Assembly (NCBI GenBank): GCA_963675495.1
Contig: OY776215.1
Location: forward strand, 2,208,001 to 2,272,000
Source of the DNA: an uncultured Methanolobus sp.
GTDB lineage: Archaea; Halobacteriota; Methanosarcinia; Methanosarcinales; Methanosarcinaceae
DNA length: 64,000 nucleotides
Direction of reading: 5' to 3'
In this document: piece by piece, positions 20,822 through 31,562 of the stretch
Position numbering within the stretch: position 1 is the stretch's first letter
Layout of the letters: every line of letters starts with the position of its first letter
Translations under genes and position numbers: made by a program
Notes under the pieces: model-generated
The model's database searches: none
What the model saw: only the letters and a program-made list of their open reading frames with translations
What the model was told of the DNA's origin: nothing

Positions 20822-22024
20822 ATGAAAGCCGATTCGAAAAATTCAGATAACAAAGATATTGCATTGGTTTCAATACCCGGACTTTCAATCAAAATGGATA
20901 AAAAAGCTGATTTTATCCAGCTTAAGGCACATGGACCTTTGCGCAAGGCATGTGGCCCTTTTTTGAAAAAGATCAATGAAAGGCTAAAGGAGGAAAAACC
21001 TGCTTTTGTTGATGACGATAAAGTGATAGCCTCTACATGGCTACCACCTATACCCAGTAAAGCTTTCAATAGATTGCTACTGGCTGAGACTCAGATTGCA
21101 CTTGGAAGGTACATCCCTGAAACTGTTTCCTTTGAGATAACACGCAACTGCAAATGTAATTGTGAACATTGTGTGGTTAGTGGAGGGGAAGGCGACATGG
21201 AGATTGAGACAATAAAAAGTGCCATAGATGACGTACTTGATATGGGTGCAATGGTCATAGTATTTACAGAAGGAGATCCAATGATGCGTGAAGAGATCTA
21301 CGAGCTCATTGAGTATGTAGACAAAGAGCGTGCCATCGTTAACATGTATACTCCTGGTACTGAGATGACGCCTGAGAATGCAAGACGGCTCAAGGAAGCC
21401 GGACTGCACAACATGTTGGTCAGTATCTATTCTACGGAACCTTCAAAACATGATGCGGTACGTCGTCTGGATGGTGCTTTTGAAATGGCTACGAATGCCA
21501 TAAGAATGGGACTTGAGGCGGGATTACTTGTAACTATGGCAACCCATGTATCACCAAAGAATATTGATGAACTTCCTTCAATGTATGAATTTGCAAGGGA
21601 ACTTGGAGTCCATGAATTCTCATTGTGGGAATCCGTTCCAAAGAAAAAGGATGATCCTATTATTACTGAAGCTGACAGACAAAAAGTGCTTGAAATGTAT
21701 CATCGTATTAATTCTACCAAAGGCGGCCCTCGTATCTTTGCCAACTCGTACTTCGAGGGAGAAATGCTTGGATGCATGGCGGGTCAACGGTGGATGCATG
21801 TCTGCGTTGGCGGTCTGGTAACAGCATGTCCATACATCCCGTTCAGCTACGGAAATATACAGGATACTTCCATAAAGGATATCTGGACAAAGATACGCAA
21901 GGATAAGCATTTCAGGGGACAGCGTGGCACATGTCTGATGCAGGAAAATGAATTCCTGCAGCTTGTGGACAAGATACCTGAAGAAGCATCGAAGCCTTAT
22001 GATATCGATAAAATAGACTCATAA
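20822..22024 (+). CDS. Radical SAM protein with SPASM/twitch domain
   Basis: CKCNCEHC (CxxxCxxC), HDAVRR, GCMAG..ACPY..GNI..C. Confidence 0.88.
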   Translation: MKADSKNSDNKDIALVSIPGLSIKMDKKADFIQLKAHGPLRKACGPFLKKINERLKEEKPAFVDDDKVIASTWLPPIPSKAFNRLLLAETQIALGRYIPETVSFEITRNCKCNCEHCVVSGGEGDMEIETIKSAIDDVLDMGAMVIVFTEGDPMMREEIYELIEYVDKERAIVNMYTPGTEMTPENARRLKEAGLHNMLVSIYSTEPSKHDAVRRLDGAFEMATNAIRMGLEAGLLVTMATHVSPKNIDELPSMYEFARELGVHEFSLWESVPKKKDDPIITEADRQKVLEMYHRINSTKGGPRIFANSYFEGEMLGCMAGQRWMHVCVGGLVTACPYIPFSYGNIQDTSIKDIWTKIRKDKHFRGQRGTCLMQENEFLQLVDKIPEEASKPYDIDKIDS

Positions 22025-22029
22025 ATTTT

Positions 22030-22584
22030 TTATTTTTCTTTCACTTGCTGGAGATCGCCTGGGTCAAGGCTTTCCAGCAGCTTTTTGTTCTGCCAGTAAA
22101 ATCCAAACATCACAACAGTTGTTATGGGGGCAATGTAATAGATATTTGAGAAAATATCAGGCCATAAATAACTGAATATAATAATTAGGAAGATGCCAAA
22201 TAGCCACATAAAGGCAGAGTTAATAAGTGAAGCTTTTGCAGGACCATACTTCCTGTTCAAATGATGGAGTAGTCGCCATCCCATAAAAAAATCGGTCAAT
22301 TTCAAGGCTTCTGTGCTCCAAGAATCCTCAACATATCGCTTCATCTTCCCTTTGTTAATTCTGTAGGATTTTCTGTAATTAACAACTGAGAAGATCATAG
22401 TGAGCATGAAAGCAACATAGCCGTATTGCCATGGGAGGATCATGAACAATAGCAGGGAAAAGAGAATCATGATGCCCATGATCTCAGGCAGGTAACTTTC
22501 CCCGTACTTACGGGCCGAGTATATATTGTAGATGGTCACTGAGCCAAAGAACAATGCTCCAAAATAAAAAAAAGTTATATGCAT
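22030..22584 (-). CDS. Hypothetical multi-pass membrane protein
   Basis: About 5 hydrophobic segments; GGAG RBS before ATG 22584. Confidence 0.7.
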   Translation of the reverse strand: MHITFFYFGALFFGSVTIYNIYSARKYGESYLPEIMGIMILFSLLLFMILPWQYGYVAFMLTMIFSVVNYRKSYRINKGKMKRYVEDSWSTEALKLTDFFMGWRLLHHLNRKYGPAKASLINSAFMWLFGIFLIIIFSYLWPDIFSNIYYIAPITTVVMFGFYWQNKKLLESLDPGDLQQVKEK

Positions 22585-22842
22585 TGTTGAATCTCCACGT
22601 AACTCCACCACTGCTAGTTTAAATAGGTAGTAATACTTAGCACGCATGGTATAAAATATTTATGGAAAAGCTAATTAAAATTAATATGTGAACTGCATTA
22701 ATAATAAATTTACTCAAAGGGATGTTCACAGGCCTGCAATAAGAACCTTTACATATCACAAGGTATTTTTACTAACAATTTTAAGTGCCTTGCACTAACA
22801 GAAAAAGAGATTCAAGAGACTTAACAGACCAAGAGGCAATAT

Positions 22843-24147
22843 ATGAACATGAAGATCGACCCCTGGAGCGCATTGAACATTGACGATTATTCCAAGTTAT
22901 TTGACGAATTTGGAATACTGCCATTTGATGAAATGGTCCGGGAGATTGAGGATCCTCACAAGTTCATGAACCGCAAGATTATTTTCGGACACCGCAGCTA
23001 TGACCTGATAACTGATGCAATGAAGCACAATAAGCCATTCTCAGTAATGAGCGGATTCATGCCTTCAGGAAAGATCCACCTTGGGCACAAAATGGTTATG
23101 GAAGAGATTATTTGGCACCAGCAGCAAGGTGGGGATGCTTTTGTTGGCATAGCGGACCGTGAATCACACTCTGTCAGAGGAATGTCATGGGATAAATGCA
23201 GGGACATAGGAATAAACGAGTATATTGTAAGTCTTATTGCACTTGGTTTTGAACCAAATGGGCATGTTTATTTCCAGTCAGGCTCAGAGCAGGTAAAGGA
23301 CCTTGCATTCGAACTCGCATCCAAGGCAAACTACTCCGAACTCAGTGCGATCTACGGATTCACAGGCGAGACCAACGTTGCACATATGCTGAGCGCAGTG
23401 ACCCAGAGTTCAGATATACTTCATCCGCAGCTTGAAGAATACGGCGGACCTAAACCAACGGTCATACCTGTTGGTGCCGATCAGGACCCACACATCCGCC
23501 TGACAAGAGGACTTGGACACAAAATGAACATGTTCAAGATCGAGGGCCGGGAAGATAAAAAGGGAAACAAATATTTCAGTATCCGTAGCAAGGCTGCTCC
23601 ACAAGAAGCCCTGAAAGAACTGAATGAGCGCATTCCTGGTAAAACAAAGCTTTTCGAAGGACATGTTGATGCTTTTAATGCTGATAATTTTGAGCTTCTC
23701 CTGAAGACGGTCAGGGAAGTTGAAATCGAATTCGGAGGATATGCATTCGTACCACCATCATCAACATATCACCGTTTCATGTCCGGATTACAGGGCGGGA
23801 AAATGTCAAGCAGTGTTCCGGATAGTTATATTTCACTTACAGAAGACCCAAAGGGTGCTGCAAAGAAGGTCAAGAGGGCAAAGACCGGTGGCAGGATGAC
23901 TCTTGAGGAACAGAAGAAACTCGGTGGCGAACCGGATAAATGTTCTGTATATGAAATGTTCCTTTTTCATCTTGTAGATGATGATGAAGAACTTGCACAG
24001 ATATACACAGAATGTCGTGAAGGAAGTCGGGTTTGTGGTAACTGTAAACTCCTTGCAGCTGAAAAGACTGAAAAGTTCCTAAAAGAACATCAGGAATTAC
24101 GTGAAGTTGCCAAAGACAGACTTGATGAATACGGATTATCAATTTAA
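22843..24147 (+). CDS. trpS: Tryptophanyl-tRNA synthetase
   Basis: HLGH, VPVG-type [19 protein letters not shown]. Confidence 0.95.
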   Translation: MNMKIDPWSALNIDDYSKLFDEFGILPFDEMVREIEDPHKFMNRKIIFGHRSYDLITDAMKHNKPFSVMSGFMPSGKIHLGHKMVMEEIIWHQQQGGDAFVGIADRESHSVRGMSWDKCRDIGINEYIVSLIALGFEPNGHVYFQSGSEQVKDLAFELASKANYSELSAIYGFTGETNVAHMLSAVTQSSDILHPQLEEYGGPKPTVIPVGADQDPHIRLTRGLGHKMNMFKIEGREDKKGNKYFSIRSKAAPQEALKELNERIPGKTKLFEGHVDAFNADNFELLLKTVREVEIEFGGYAFVPPSSTYHRFMSGLQGGKMSSSVPDSYISLTEDPKGAAKKVKRAKTGGRMTLEEQKKLGGEPDKCSVYEMFLFHLVDDDEELAQIYTECREGSRVCGNCKLLAAEKTEKFLKEHQELREVAKDRLDEYGLSI

Positions 24148-24158
24148 CAGGTGTAATA

Positions 24159-25637
24159 ATGAGTTCCCAGTACAACCTTACATCCAATGAGAAAAATGTA
24201 TTGATCGCATTGGAAAACCTAAAAGATGCAAGCCCCAGCGAGCTGGCTGAAAAATCAGAGATGAAAATGGAAACTGCAATGCAGGCTGCTTTTTTACTTG
24301 AAGAGAAAGGGCTTGCACAGGTAGAGGAGACAATAACAGAGATCTTCGAACTTACCGATGAAGGGAAAAAGTACGCCGAAGAAGGACTTCCCGAAAGACA
24401 GATTATCGATGTCATTTCCGGTCCAACTCCAATGGATGAACTCAAGGAAAAGTTCAATCCTGCAGTTGCTGGCATCGCTACCGGATGGCTACGCCGCAAA
24501 GGCTGGGCAGGCATTGAAAAAGGAATGATAGTTCCGACCGGTAATGCAGAAAAAGGTGCAGACGAGCAAACACTGGGGTCATTTGAAGGGGAGCAGAAGA
24601 CATTCGACGAACTTGGGGCAGATAAGCAGGTTATCAACGACCTGATAAAACGTAAACTTGTGGCAAAGAGCGAGAACAAACAAAGGAAAATAGCAATCAA
24701 TCCCGATGGTGAGGAACTTGTTGCAGCAGGTATTGTTATCGAGGAGGAACTTGCACAAATTACTTCTGAACTCCTGAAAAGTGGGGAGTGGAAGAACAAG
24801 AAGTTCAGACCGTATAATATTCACACAGCTCCAAAACCAATATATGGGGCAAAGATCCATCCATATCAGCGCCTGATCGATCAGATGAGACGTATTTTCC
24901 TGGACATGGGATTCACCGAGATCAAGGGTGAGGCTATTCAGAGTTCTTTCTGGAACTTCGATTCCCTGTTCCAGCCACAGGATCACCCTGCAAGAGAGAT
25001 GCAGGATACATTCCATCTTTCCAGCATATCTGATCTTCCTGTCGAGTACAAGGACAACGTGTGTGCAATGCATGAGCATGGTGGCGACACGGAATCTATA
25101 GGATGGGGTAGCAAATGGAGTGAAGAAATAGCCTGCAAGAATGTCCTGAGGACACACACCACGGCGTTGACCATTAAATACCTTGCAGATAATCCGGAAC
25201 CTCCGATAAAGGCGTTCTCAATAGACAGGGCATACCGCAGAGAAACCATTGATCCAACACACACACCAGAGTTCGAACAGCTAGAGGGTGTAGTGATGGA
25301 CAAGGACATGTCATTCTCAAATCTTCTCGGATGTCTCTCTGAGTTCTATCACAGAATGGGCTTTGAAGACGTGCGTTTCAGACCAGGCTATTTCCCATAC
25401 ACTGAACCAAGTGTTGAGCCTGAAGTATACGTAGATGGTCTTGGATGGGTTGAACTGGGAGGTGCAGGTGTTTTCAGGAAAGAGGTCACACATCCGCTTG
25501 GAATTAAGTACCCTGTCCTTGCATGGGGACTCGGGGTCAGCCGTTTGGCAATGCTGAAACTGGGACTTAAGGACCTGCGTCAGTTGTACCACTCAGACAT
25601 TGATTGGTTGCGCAAGAGCGAGGTATGCCAGCTCTGA
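24159..25637 (+). CDS. pheS: Phenylalanyl-tRNA synthetase alpha subunit
   Basis: [34 protein letters not shown]. Confidence 0.96.
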   Translation: MSSQYNLTSNEKNVLIALENLKDASPSELAEKSEMKMETAMQAAFLLEEKGLAQVEETITEIFELTDEGKKYAEEGLPERQIIDVISGPTPMDELKEKFNPAVAGIATGWLRRKGWAGIEKGMIVPTGNAEKGADEQTLGSFEGEQKTFDELGADKQVINDLIKRKLVAKSENKQRKIAINPDGEELVAAGIVIEEELAQITSELLKSGEWKNKKFRPYNIHTAPKPIYGAKIHPYQRLIDQMRRIFLDMGFTEIKGEAIQSSFWNFDSLFQPQDHPAREMQDTFHLSSISDLPVEYKDNVCAMHEHGGDTESIGWGSKWSEEIACKNVLRTHTTALTIKYLADNPEPPIKAFSIDRAYRRETIDPTHTPEFEQLEGVVMDKDMSFSNLLGCLSEFYHRMGFEDVRFRPGYFPYTEPSVEPEVYVDGLGWVELGGAGVFRKEVTHPLGIKYPVLAWGLGVSRLAMLKLGLKDLRQLYHSDIDWLRKSEVCQL

Positions 25638-25653
25638 ACTGGTATCCGTCATT

Positions 25654-26781
25654 TTATTTTTTTGCATTTGTGATTATCTTTGCCAGCAGGGATTTTTCAA
25701 TATCTACTGCATTTGCAGGGCAAAGTTCACGGCAACAATAACATAGTATACATTTTTCGTTGTTGACCACAAGGTGATCATCAACTTCTTCTATTGCATG
25801 GGCTGAGCAGTTCATGGCACATGCACCACAAAGAACACACCTTGAAGTATTGATCCTCGGTCTCATTTCAAAGTATCTGCCAAGCATACGAGTGACGATA
25901 GGTGGAAAACTGGAGGTAATACCTCCTGAAGAAGGTTTATACCTCATTTTCACTTCATCCGGTGAAGTGCCAACTATCAACGGGTCATTTGATCCAAACT
26001 CTCTTTCAATTGCAGCACTTGTAGTCGGAATTCGCATTGGATCAAAACCAATGAGTTCCGAAGCCACTACATCAAGTAAAACACAATCATAGGATGCCAT
26101 TATTACACCTGTCTTCACCGGAGTTCCATGGGAAGGGCCGTTACCTTCCATGCCTACCACGCCATCCATGACTGCAAGATGGGGCTTTGCAACCGAGTAC
26201 AGGTCGATGACTGCTTCACCAAATATTTTTCTCTCAGCCAGCAGGTGCATTTCCTTTCTGGTTTTGAGAGGCAGGGCTCCAAACATGTTCTTCACAGCAC
26301 CTGTGTAGTAGGTGAGTTCATGCGTTTTCATTTTTGGAAGCGATATGATCACATCTGCATCCATAACTGCCCTTGAAACGTGTAGCTTTGGAAAATGCAT
26401 TGCTTCAGGGACATCAATTTCCACATACCCTGCTGTTTGAAAATTAATTAGTTCAACACTATGGTTCTTTGCTACTTCTTCTATTCCTGACATTTTGAAT
26501 GCATCAGCCGTTGCCCCCGGATGGGTCATTCCAGAACCATCACCAATGGCCGGTGTACCTCCAGCTTCCCGCACAAGTTCACACATAGCAGCAACAATTG
26601 AAGGATGAGTCGTTACGGCATCCTCTGGTTTGCGGGCCGCGAGAACATTGGGTTTCAGGAGTACACGGTCACCTTTGGAAATTATGGGTTTGAGGCCGCC
26701 AATGAGTTGAATAGCCTCAGAAACCCATTCCCTGGATTTAGAATAATCATTACATCGCACAACAGAAACTTTGTCGCCCAT
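25654..26781 (-). CDS. DUF362 protein with C-terminal 2x[4Fe-4S] ferredoxin domain
   Basis: LLKPN, TTHP, PKMKTH, AVKN, MEGNGP, two CxxCxxCxxxC motifs. Confidence 0.88.
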   Translation of the reverse strand: MGDKVSVVRCNDYSKSREWVSEAIQLIGGLKPIISKGDRVLLKPNVLAARKPEDAVTTHPSIVAAMCELVREAGGTPAIGDGSGMTHPGATADAFKMSGIEEVAKNHSVELINFQTAGYVEIDVPEAMHFPKLHVSRAVMDADVIISLPKMKTHELTYYTGAVKNMFGALPLKTRKEMHLLAERKIFGEAVIDLYSVAKPHLAVMDGVVGMEGNGPSHGTPVKTGVIMASYDCVLLDVVASELIGFDPMRIPTTSAAIEREFGSNDPLIVGTSPDEVKMRYKPSSGGITSSFPPIVTRMLGRYFEMRPRINTSRCVLCGACAMNCSAHAIEEVDDHLVVNNEKCILCYCCRELCPANAVDIEKSLLAKIITNAKK

Positions 26782-26927
26782 GTGAATTAATTAAGGATGG
26801 TAGGTTCAAATAAGTATTGAAGATTTACTTTCAGAACTATTATTCATTAAGTAAAGAAAAATCTTCCAAAAAAGAATATGTCAGTAAAGAAAAAGGATAG
26901 ATAATAACTCGTTTATTTTTTTTAAAC

Positions 26928-27668
26928 CTATTCCATTGCTTCTTCTACACTTTTTCTGATGATGTAACCTGCTTCGTGCAGGATAGTATCACCGATCTGT
27001 ACATCCTTTTCCATGCTTGCGGTGCATGGGTATGCATGGTGAGCGCTCGAAATAGTTTCTTTATAGTCCTTCAGGTCAGACCATTTCAGTTTCTTGGCAA
27101 CGAACCATGTGGCACCACAAGGAGCATCCCTTAGTACTTCTACGTGTGTAAAAAGTCTGTTAACAGGATCCGTTTCTATATGTAGCAATGGACGGCCAAA
27201 TCCCAATCTTACGAATTCATCTATCAGTGGCTTTCCCGTAATATCAAGTGAACAGAAGGGTTTTGGACATTCACATTCCACTCCATGTGACTCAAGTTTG
27301 TTCTTTACCTGCTCGGTCAGGCCGGCAGGCACCAGGCGTGAATCATCTACTGGTATTATAACGCCTTTTGCACCTGTCATTTCTGCAATATCGGGGACCG
27401 CCATTAACAGGTCCGGGTGCAGGTCTATGGCAATAATAAGGTCTGATAGGGGCAAATTATCTGGGATATATTCTATGGGTTCTTCGACAAAATCAGGAAG
27501 GTCTGTACGTAATTCAAAAAGACCAACTATCAAAGGTGCAAAACTTGCCCTGGGTTCACGGCAGTGGTCACACAGGTCTCCGCACGAAACACAAAAACTA
27601 TCCGAGTTGACAAGGTTACCAACAACCTTTTTCCCAAACTCTCCAGAATAAAAAATGCTCAAACGCAT
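26928..27668 (-). CDS. DUF166 family Cys-rich protein
   Basis: CVSCGDLCDHC, LHPDL, PKPFCSL, APCGAT, YPCTAS. Confidence 0.78.
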   Translation of the reverse strand: MRLSIFYSGEFGKKVVGNLVNSDSFCVSCGDLCDHCREPRASFAPLIVGLFELRTDLPDFVEEPIEYIPDNLPLSDLIIAIDLHPDLLMAVPDIAEMTGAKGVIIPVDDSRLVPAGLTEQVKNKLESHGVECECPKPFCSLDITGKPLIDEFVRLGFGRPLLHIETDPVNRLFTHVEVLRDAPCGATWFVAKKLKWSDLKDYKETISSAHHAYPCTASMEKDVQIGDTILHEAGYIIRKSVEEAME

Positions 27669-27708
27669 GCAAAAGAGTATACATATGATACTTAATAAAG
27701 TTCCCTAC

Positions 27709-28254
27709 TTATTTTTCTGAACTTTTCGTATGGACTATGCCCATGAGATAAGCAGGTATGCATCCAATTGCCGTACATGTTTCAAGGGAGATTCCCTGAG
27801 ATGTAATATCAAGATGGTATCTTGCAAGGCTAAAAAGGTCTTTTGGTAGTCCTTTTCGTCCAAGTCCCACCAGTATAAGGAAAGACTTATTATGCATTAT
27901 TTCGTCTGCAATGGCTTCTGTAGTAATGGAGAATTTCTTTTCCGGTTTTGAAGTTGTCACGACCACAGAACCGAATTGCGGCTGGAATCCTTTTTTTGGC
28001 AGGTCAAAAACGAATAAGTGTTTTTTTTCATGCAACATCCTCAGATACTTGCCTGATTCTCCAATAGTGGTTTTGTCCGCAACATAGTCCACCAGCTCAT
28101 CGGGTGTCATCTTAAAAGGAAAATCAAAAAGAGCAAGGGAAAACCCAAATGCATGACATATAGGTGCAGCCCTTGCTATCGCTCGGTAATGAGCATCCAG
28201 CACTTTGATCTTATCATATGTATTAACTATTCCTAATGTCAGCAATGATATCAC
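27709..28254 (-). CDS. DUF531 family (SPOUT-like) protein
   Basis: NTYDK, AHYRAIARAAP, TTIG, GLGRKGLP, SLETCTAIG. Confidence 0.8.
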   Translation of the reverse strand: MISLLTLGIVNTYDKIKVLDAHYRAIARAAPICHAFGFSLALFDFPFKMTPDELVDYVADKTTIGESGKYLRMLHEKKHLFVFDLPKKGFQPQFGSVVVTTSKPEKKFSITTEAIADEIMHNKSFLILVGLGRKGLPKDLFSLARYHLDITSQGISLETCTAIGCIPAYLMGIVHTKSSEK

Positions 28255-28682
28255 CTTTTAGTAATTTGCAGACACAACACAGATTGTTTACAGTTATTAA
28301 ACCTGTTGCAGTTCGCACAATCATCCCATAATTCTTTCTTCTGGGAATCGTCAATTCTTACAAAGCCCACTTTTTCAAAAAAGACAGGTGAAGTGGTCCT
28401 TGTAAACAGAAAGTTCTTCTCATCCATATCAGCAATAAGGGAATCTACAAGTAGTCTACCAATGCCTTTTCCACGATGCTTCGGGTGAACGGCTATGGAG
28501 TGAAGCTCTTGTACGTTTCCTGTTTCTAGGCATGCTGCGCCAATGATTTTGCCATCTATAACTGCAACCGTGAAATTATCTATTGATGTACCTTCAATTT
28601 CATGGAAATAAGTGGACATTAGTACCTCAACGTCCTCTCTTTCTTGTGGTTCTGCTTTTCTAATTGTTACATCGGGAATCAT
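28251..28682 (-). CDS. GNAT N-acetyltransferase, short ArgA-like, C-terminal Cys cluster
   Basis: RGKGIG AcCoA motif, FFEKVGF, KELWDDCANCNRFNNC. Confidence 0.8.
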   Translation of the reverse strand: MIPDVTIRKAEPQEREDVEVLMSTYFHEIEGTSIDNFTVAVIDGKIIGAACLETGNVQELHSIAVHPKHRGKGIGRLLVDSLIADMDEKNFLFTRTTSPVFFEKVGFVRIDDSQKKELWDDCANCNRFNNCKQSVLCLQITKR

Positions 28683-29479
28683 AGTACTTCATCCATGCTA
28701 CCGCTTCTGAATCCTTTCAGGTCAAGGGTGACATAGCTAAAACCGATTCCCTCTAAATAAGACACGACATCTTCCCTAATTTTCAACATTACATGCATTT
28801 CATCAGGGAGAATTTCGATGCGTGCAATTTTCTGATGGGCCCTCACCCTTAAATCCTGAAAACCCTGTTCGATAAGAAAATCTTCTGCCGTTTCCACCAT
28901 TTTGATGGCTTCTTCAGTTAGAGCATCACCATACGGAAAACGGGAGGCAAGACAGGGAGATGGAGTTTTGTCTGCAACAGAAAGTCCTAGTTCTCTTGCA
29001 ATCTGTCTAATCTCACTTTTGTCCACGCCAAATTCTACAAAAGGCGAATATACCTTATCTCCTGCTTCTTCGATTGCTCTTTTTCCAGGTCTGTATGAAT
29101 TGGAATCCGAAGCATTGCTTCCTTCGAGAATGACATTAAAACCCAGTTCCTCCTTTACAGAATTTAATACTCCGAGAATCTCTTTTTTGCAGTGATAGCA
29201 TCTATTCGGTCCATTTTCAGATATCAGTGGCACCTTAAGTTCATTCAAATAAATAATAATGTGTTCAATACCTATTTCTTCAGCAACTTTTTTTGCACAT
29301 TCCAGTTCCCTTATTGGAAAGGACTGGTTTTTGATAGTTACAGCGACTGCTTTTTTTCCCAGAGTTCTATAAGCTATGGCTGCAAGAACAGAACTGTCCA
29401 CTCCACCGGAAAAGGCAACTAAGACACTCTCTTTTTTGGAGATGCCACTTTTCAATAATTCAAGTTTTCCATTCAGCAT
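28679..29479 (-). CDS. larE: ATP-dependent sulfur transferase LarE
   Basis: SGGVDS PP-loop, RCYHCK, YRPG, PCLASR, GFRSGSM. Confidence 0.92.
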   Translation of the reverse strand: MLNGKLELLKSGISKKESVLVAFSGGVDSSVLAAIAYRTLGKKAVAVTIKNQSFPIRELECAKKVAEEIGIEHIIIYLNELKVPLISENGPNRCYHCKKEILGVLNSVKEELGFNVILEGSNASDSNSYRPGKRAIEEAGDKVYSPFVEFGVDKSEIRQIARELGLSVADKTPSPCLASRFPYGDALTEEAIKMVETAEDFLIEQGFQDLRVRAHQKIARIEILPDEMHVMLKIREDVVSYLEGIGFSYVTLDLKGFRSGSMDEVL

Positions 29480-29581
29480 TTACTGGGAATATGTAGAATA
29501 TCTTATAATAGCATATTCTCACAAAACATAAAATAGGATTTTGACATATAATGGCTATACTTTTAACAATGGTGATAATGG

Positions 29582-30922
29582 ATGGCATTTTTCGGAACTA
29601 ATGGTGTAAGGGGAATAGCGAACGAATATATAACTCCTCAACTGGCAATCGATGTTGCAAGAAGTCTGGGGACGTACATGGGGTCAAGTGGTACAGTTGC
29701 TATTGGCAGGGATACAAGAGCTTCTGGTGAAATGCTGAAATCCGCTGCAATTGCAGGTGCACTTTCAGCAGGTCTCACAGTTATCGATGTAGGTATATGC
29801 CCTACGCCTTCTGTGCAGTACTATGTGAAAGACCATGCAGATGCGGGAATTGTTATAACTGCATCACACAACCCACGAGAATACAATGGAATTAAATTGA
29901 TAGCTGCTGATGGAAGTGAACTTTCAAGAGAAGGTGAAAGTGAGATCGAGAAGCTCTACTACTCAAAAGAGTTCAGTGCGGCATCCTGGGAAAGGACCGG
30001 AGACCTGCGTCATGACAGCAATGCCAATGAGTATTACCTCAGGGGCATTATTAATTCCGTGGATAATGAGCTTATACGTGGGAAAAAGTTCAAAGTTGCT
30101 GTAGATACGGGCTGTGGGGCCGGATCAGTTACGCTCCCCTTCCTTCTCCAGAAACTTGGATGTGAGGTAATAACCATTAATGGTCAGGTTGATGGAACAT
30201 TCCCCTGGAGAAATCCTGAACCAACTCCCGATGTGCTTACAGAGCTTGCGGACATCGTCAAAAAATCAGGTGCTAACATGGGAGTTGCACAGGACGGGGA
30301 TGCTGATCGTGCAGTATTTTTTGATGAGAATGGCAATTTCATCGAGGAAGAGGTCTTGCTTGCTATGATGGCAAAATATGTTCTTGAAAGGAAAAAGGGT
30401 CCTATTGTCACACCAGTCAGTTCATCATCACGTATGCTCGATGTTGCCAAAGAAGCAGGTGTGGAACTTACGTGGACAGCAGTTGGTTCTATCAATGTGG
30501 CACGCAAGATGATGGAGATTGGCGGGGTCTTTGGTGGTGAAGGTAACGGAGGATTGATCTTCCCGGAACACCAGTATTGTCGTGACGGTGGTATGGCATG
30601 TGCCAAGTTCCTGGAGATCATTGCAAACGGGCAGAAGCTGTCTGACCTCGCAAGTAGTGTACCGCTTTACTTTAACTCAAAGACCAAGGTTCGGGCAGAA
30701 GACCTTCAAAGTACCATGGAGAATGTCAAAAAGGAAGTTCTCTTAAAATATAATAAAGTTGACACGACAGATGGTGTAAAAGTATGGTATGACGATGGCT
30801 GGGTACTTATCAGACCGTCCGGAACCGAACCAATAATCAGGATATTTGCAGAATCAAAGACAAAGGAAAGGGCAGATGCCCTGATGAATGAAGGCATTGA
30901 ACTGGTTAATAGTTCTAAGTGA
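29582..30922 (+). CDS. glmM: Phosphoglucosamine mutase / phosphohexomutase
   Basis: FGTNGVRG, TASHNP, DGDADR, GEGNGG, RPSGTEP. Confidence 0.88.
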   Translation: MAFFGTNGVRGIANEYITPQLAIDVARSLGTYMGSSGTVAIGRDTRASGEMLKSAAIAGALSAGLTVIDVGICPTPSVQYYVKDHADAGIVITASHNPREYNGIKLIAADGSELSREGESEIEKLYYSKEFSAASWERTGDLRHDSNANEYYLRGIINSVDNELIRGKKFKVAVDTGCGAGSVTLPFLLQKLGCEVITINGQVDGTFPWRNPEPTPDVLTELADIVKKSGANMGVAQDGDADRAVFFDENGNFIEEEVLLAMMAKYVLERKKGPIVTPVSSSSRMLDVAKEAGVELTWTAVGSINVARKMMEIGGVFGGEGNGGLIFPEHQYCRDGGMACAKFLEIIANGQKLSDLASSVPLYFNSKTKVRAEDLQSTMENVKKEVLLKYNKVDTTDGVKVWYDDGWVLIRPSGTEPIIRIFAESKTKERADALMNEGIELVNSSK

Positions 30923-31513
30923 TCAGGCCTTGCCTCTGGATTCTCCAAGAACGATTCCAGTTGCGATCAGATGAGCCACTCTAAGTGGCTCAGGAATATT
31001 ACTTCTTGTTGATGAGATCTGAACTATTCTGGCAGCCATTTTTTGCCCCATCCCGCTACATTGTATGAATACTGGATTAGATGCGTCCTTTGTGATCACT
31101 TCAATGATGCTGCCAGCTTTTTTGATAATTTCCATTCTTTTTTTACCTTCCGGCAAGTGAGTAAGGGCCACTTCCATTTTATCAAGATCGGGAAGGTCCC
31201 GCATCATTACAATTACTGGAATAGTTGTTTCTTCATTCAGGCGAACGATGTCCACAGGGTTAAAACCTCCGTAGGTGACACCATCAAGCAGTATGGCTCT
31301 GATTTGCGGGTAATGTTTACTTTTACGTACCATTTCAATTATACGGTCAGTTGCATCCATGCCATCACGGGTTATCTCTGAGCGAAGTACGCCGTCAAGC
31401 CACATACCACCACGGAAGAAGGCTCCGACTATTGTGATAGTATCCGATATAAGGGCAGAGTCATCTATTCCTAATATGCGAATCTCATCTTTTATGTGGA
31501 AATGTGTTTTCAC
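30923..31513 (-). CDS. DUF99 (endonuclease V-like) protein
   Basis: ILGIDDS, DGMDAT, DGVTYGGFN, IPEPLRVAHLIA. Confidence 0.85.
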   Translation of the reverse strand: MKTHFHIKDEIRILGIDDSALISDTITIVGAFFRGGMWLDGVLRSEITRDGMDATDRIIEMVRKSKHYPQIRAILLDGVTYGGFNPVDIVRLNEETTIPVIVMMRDLPDLDKMEVALTHLPEGKKRMEIIKKAGSIIEVITKDASNPVFIQCSGMGQKMAARIVQISSTRSNIPEPLRVAHLIATGIVLGESRGKA

Positions 31514-31562
31514 AAAAAATATTATAAAAAAAGTAATAGAAGTAACTTACCACCAGAAATGC

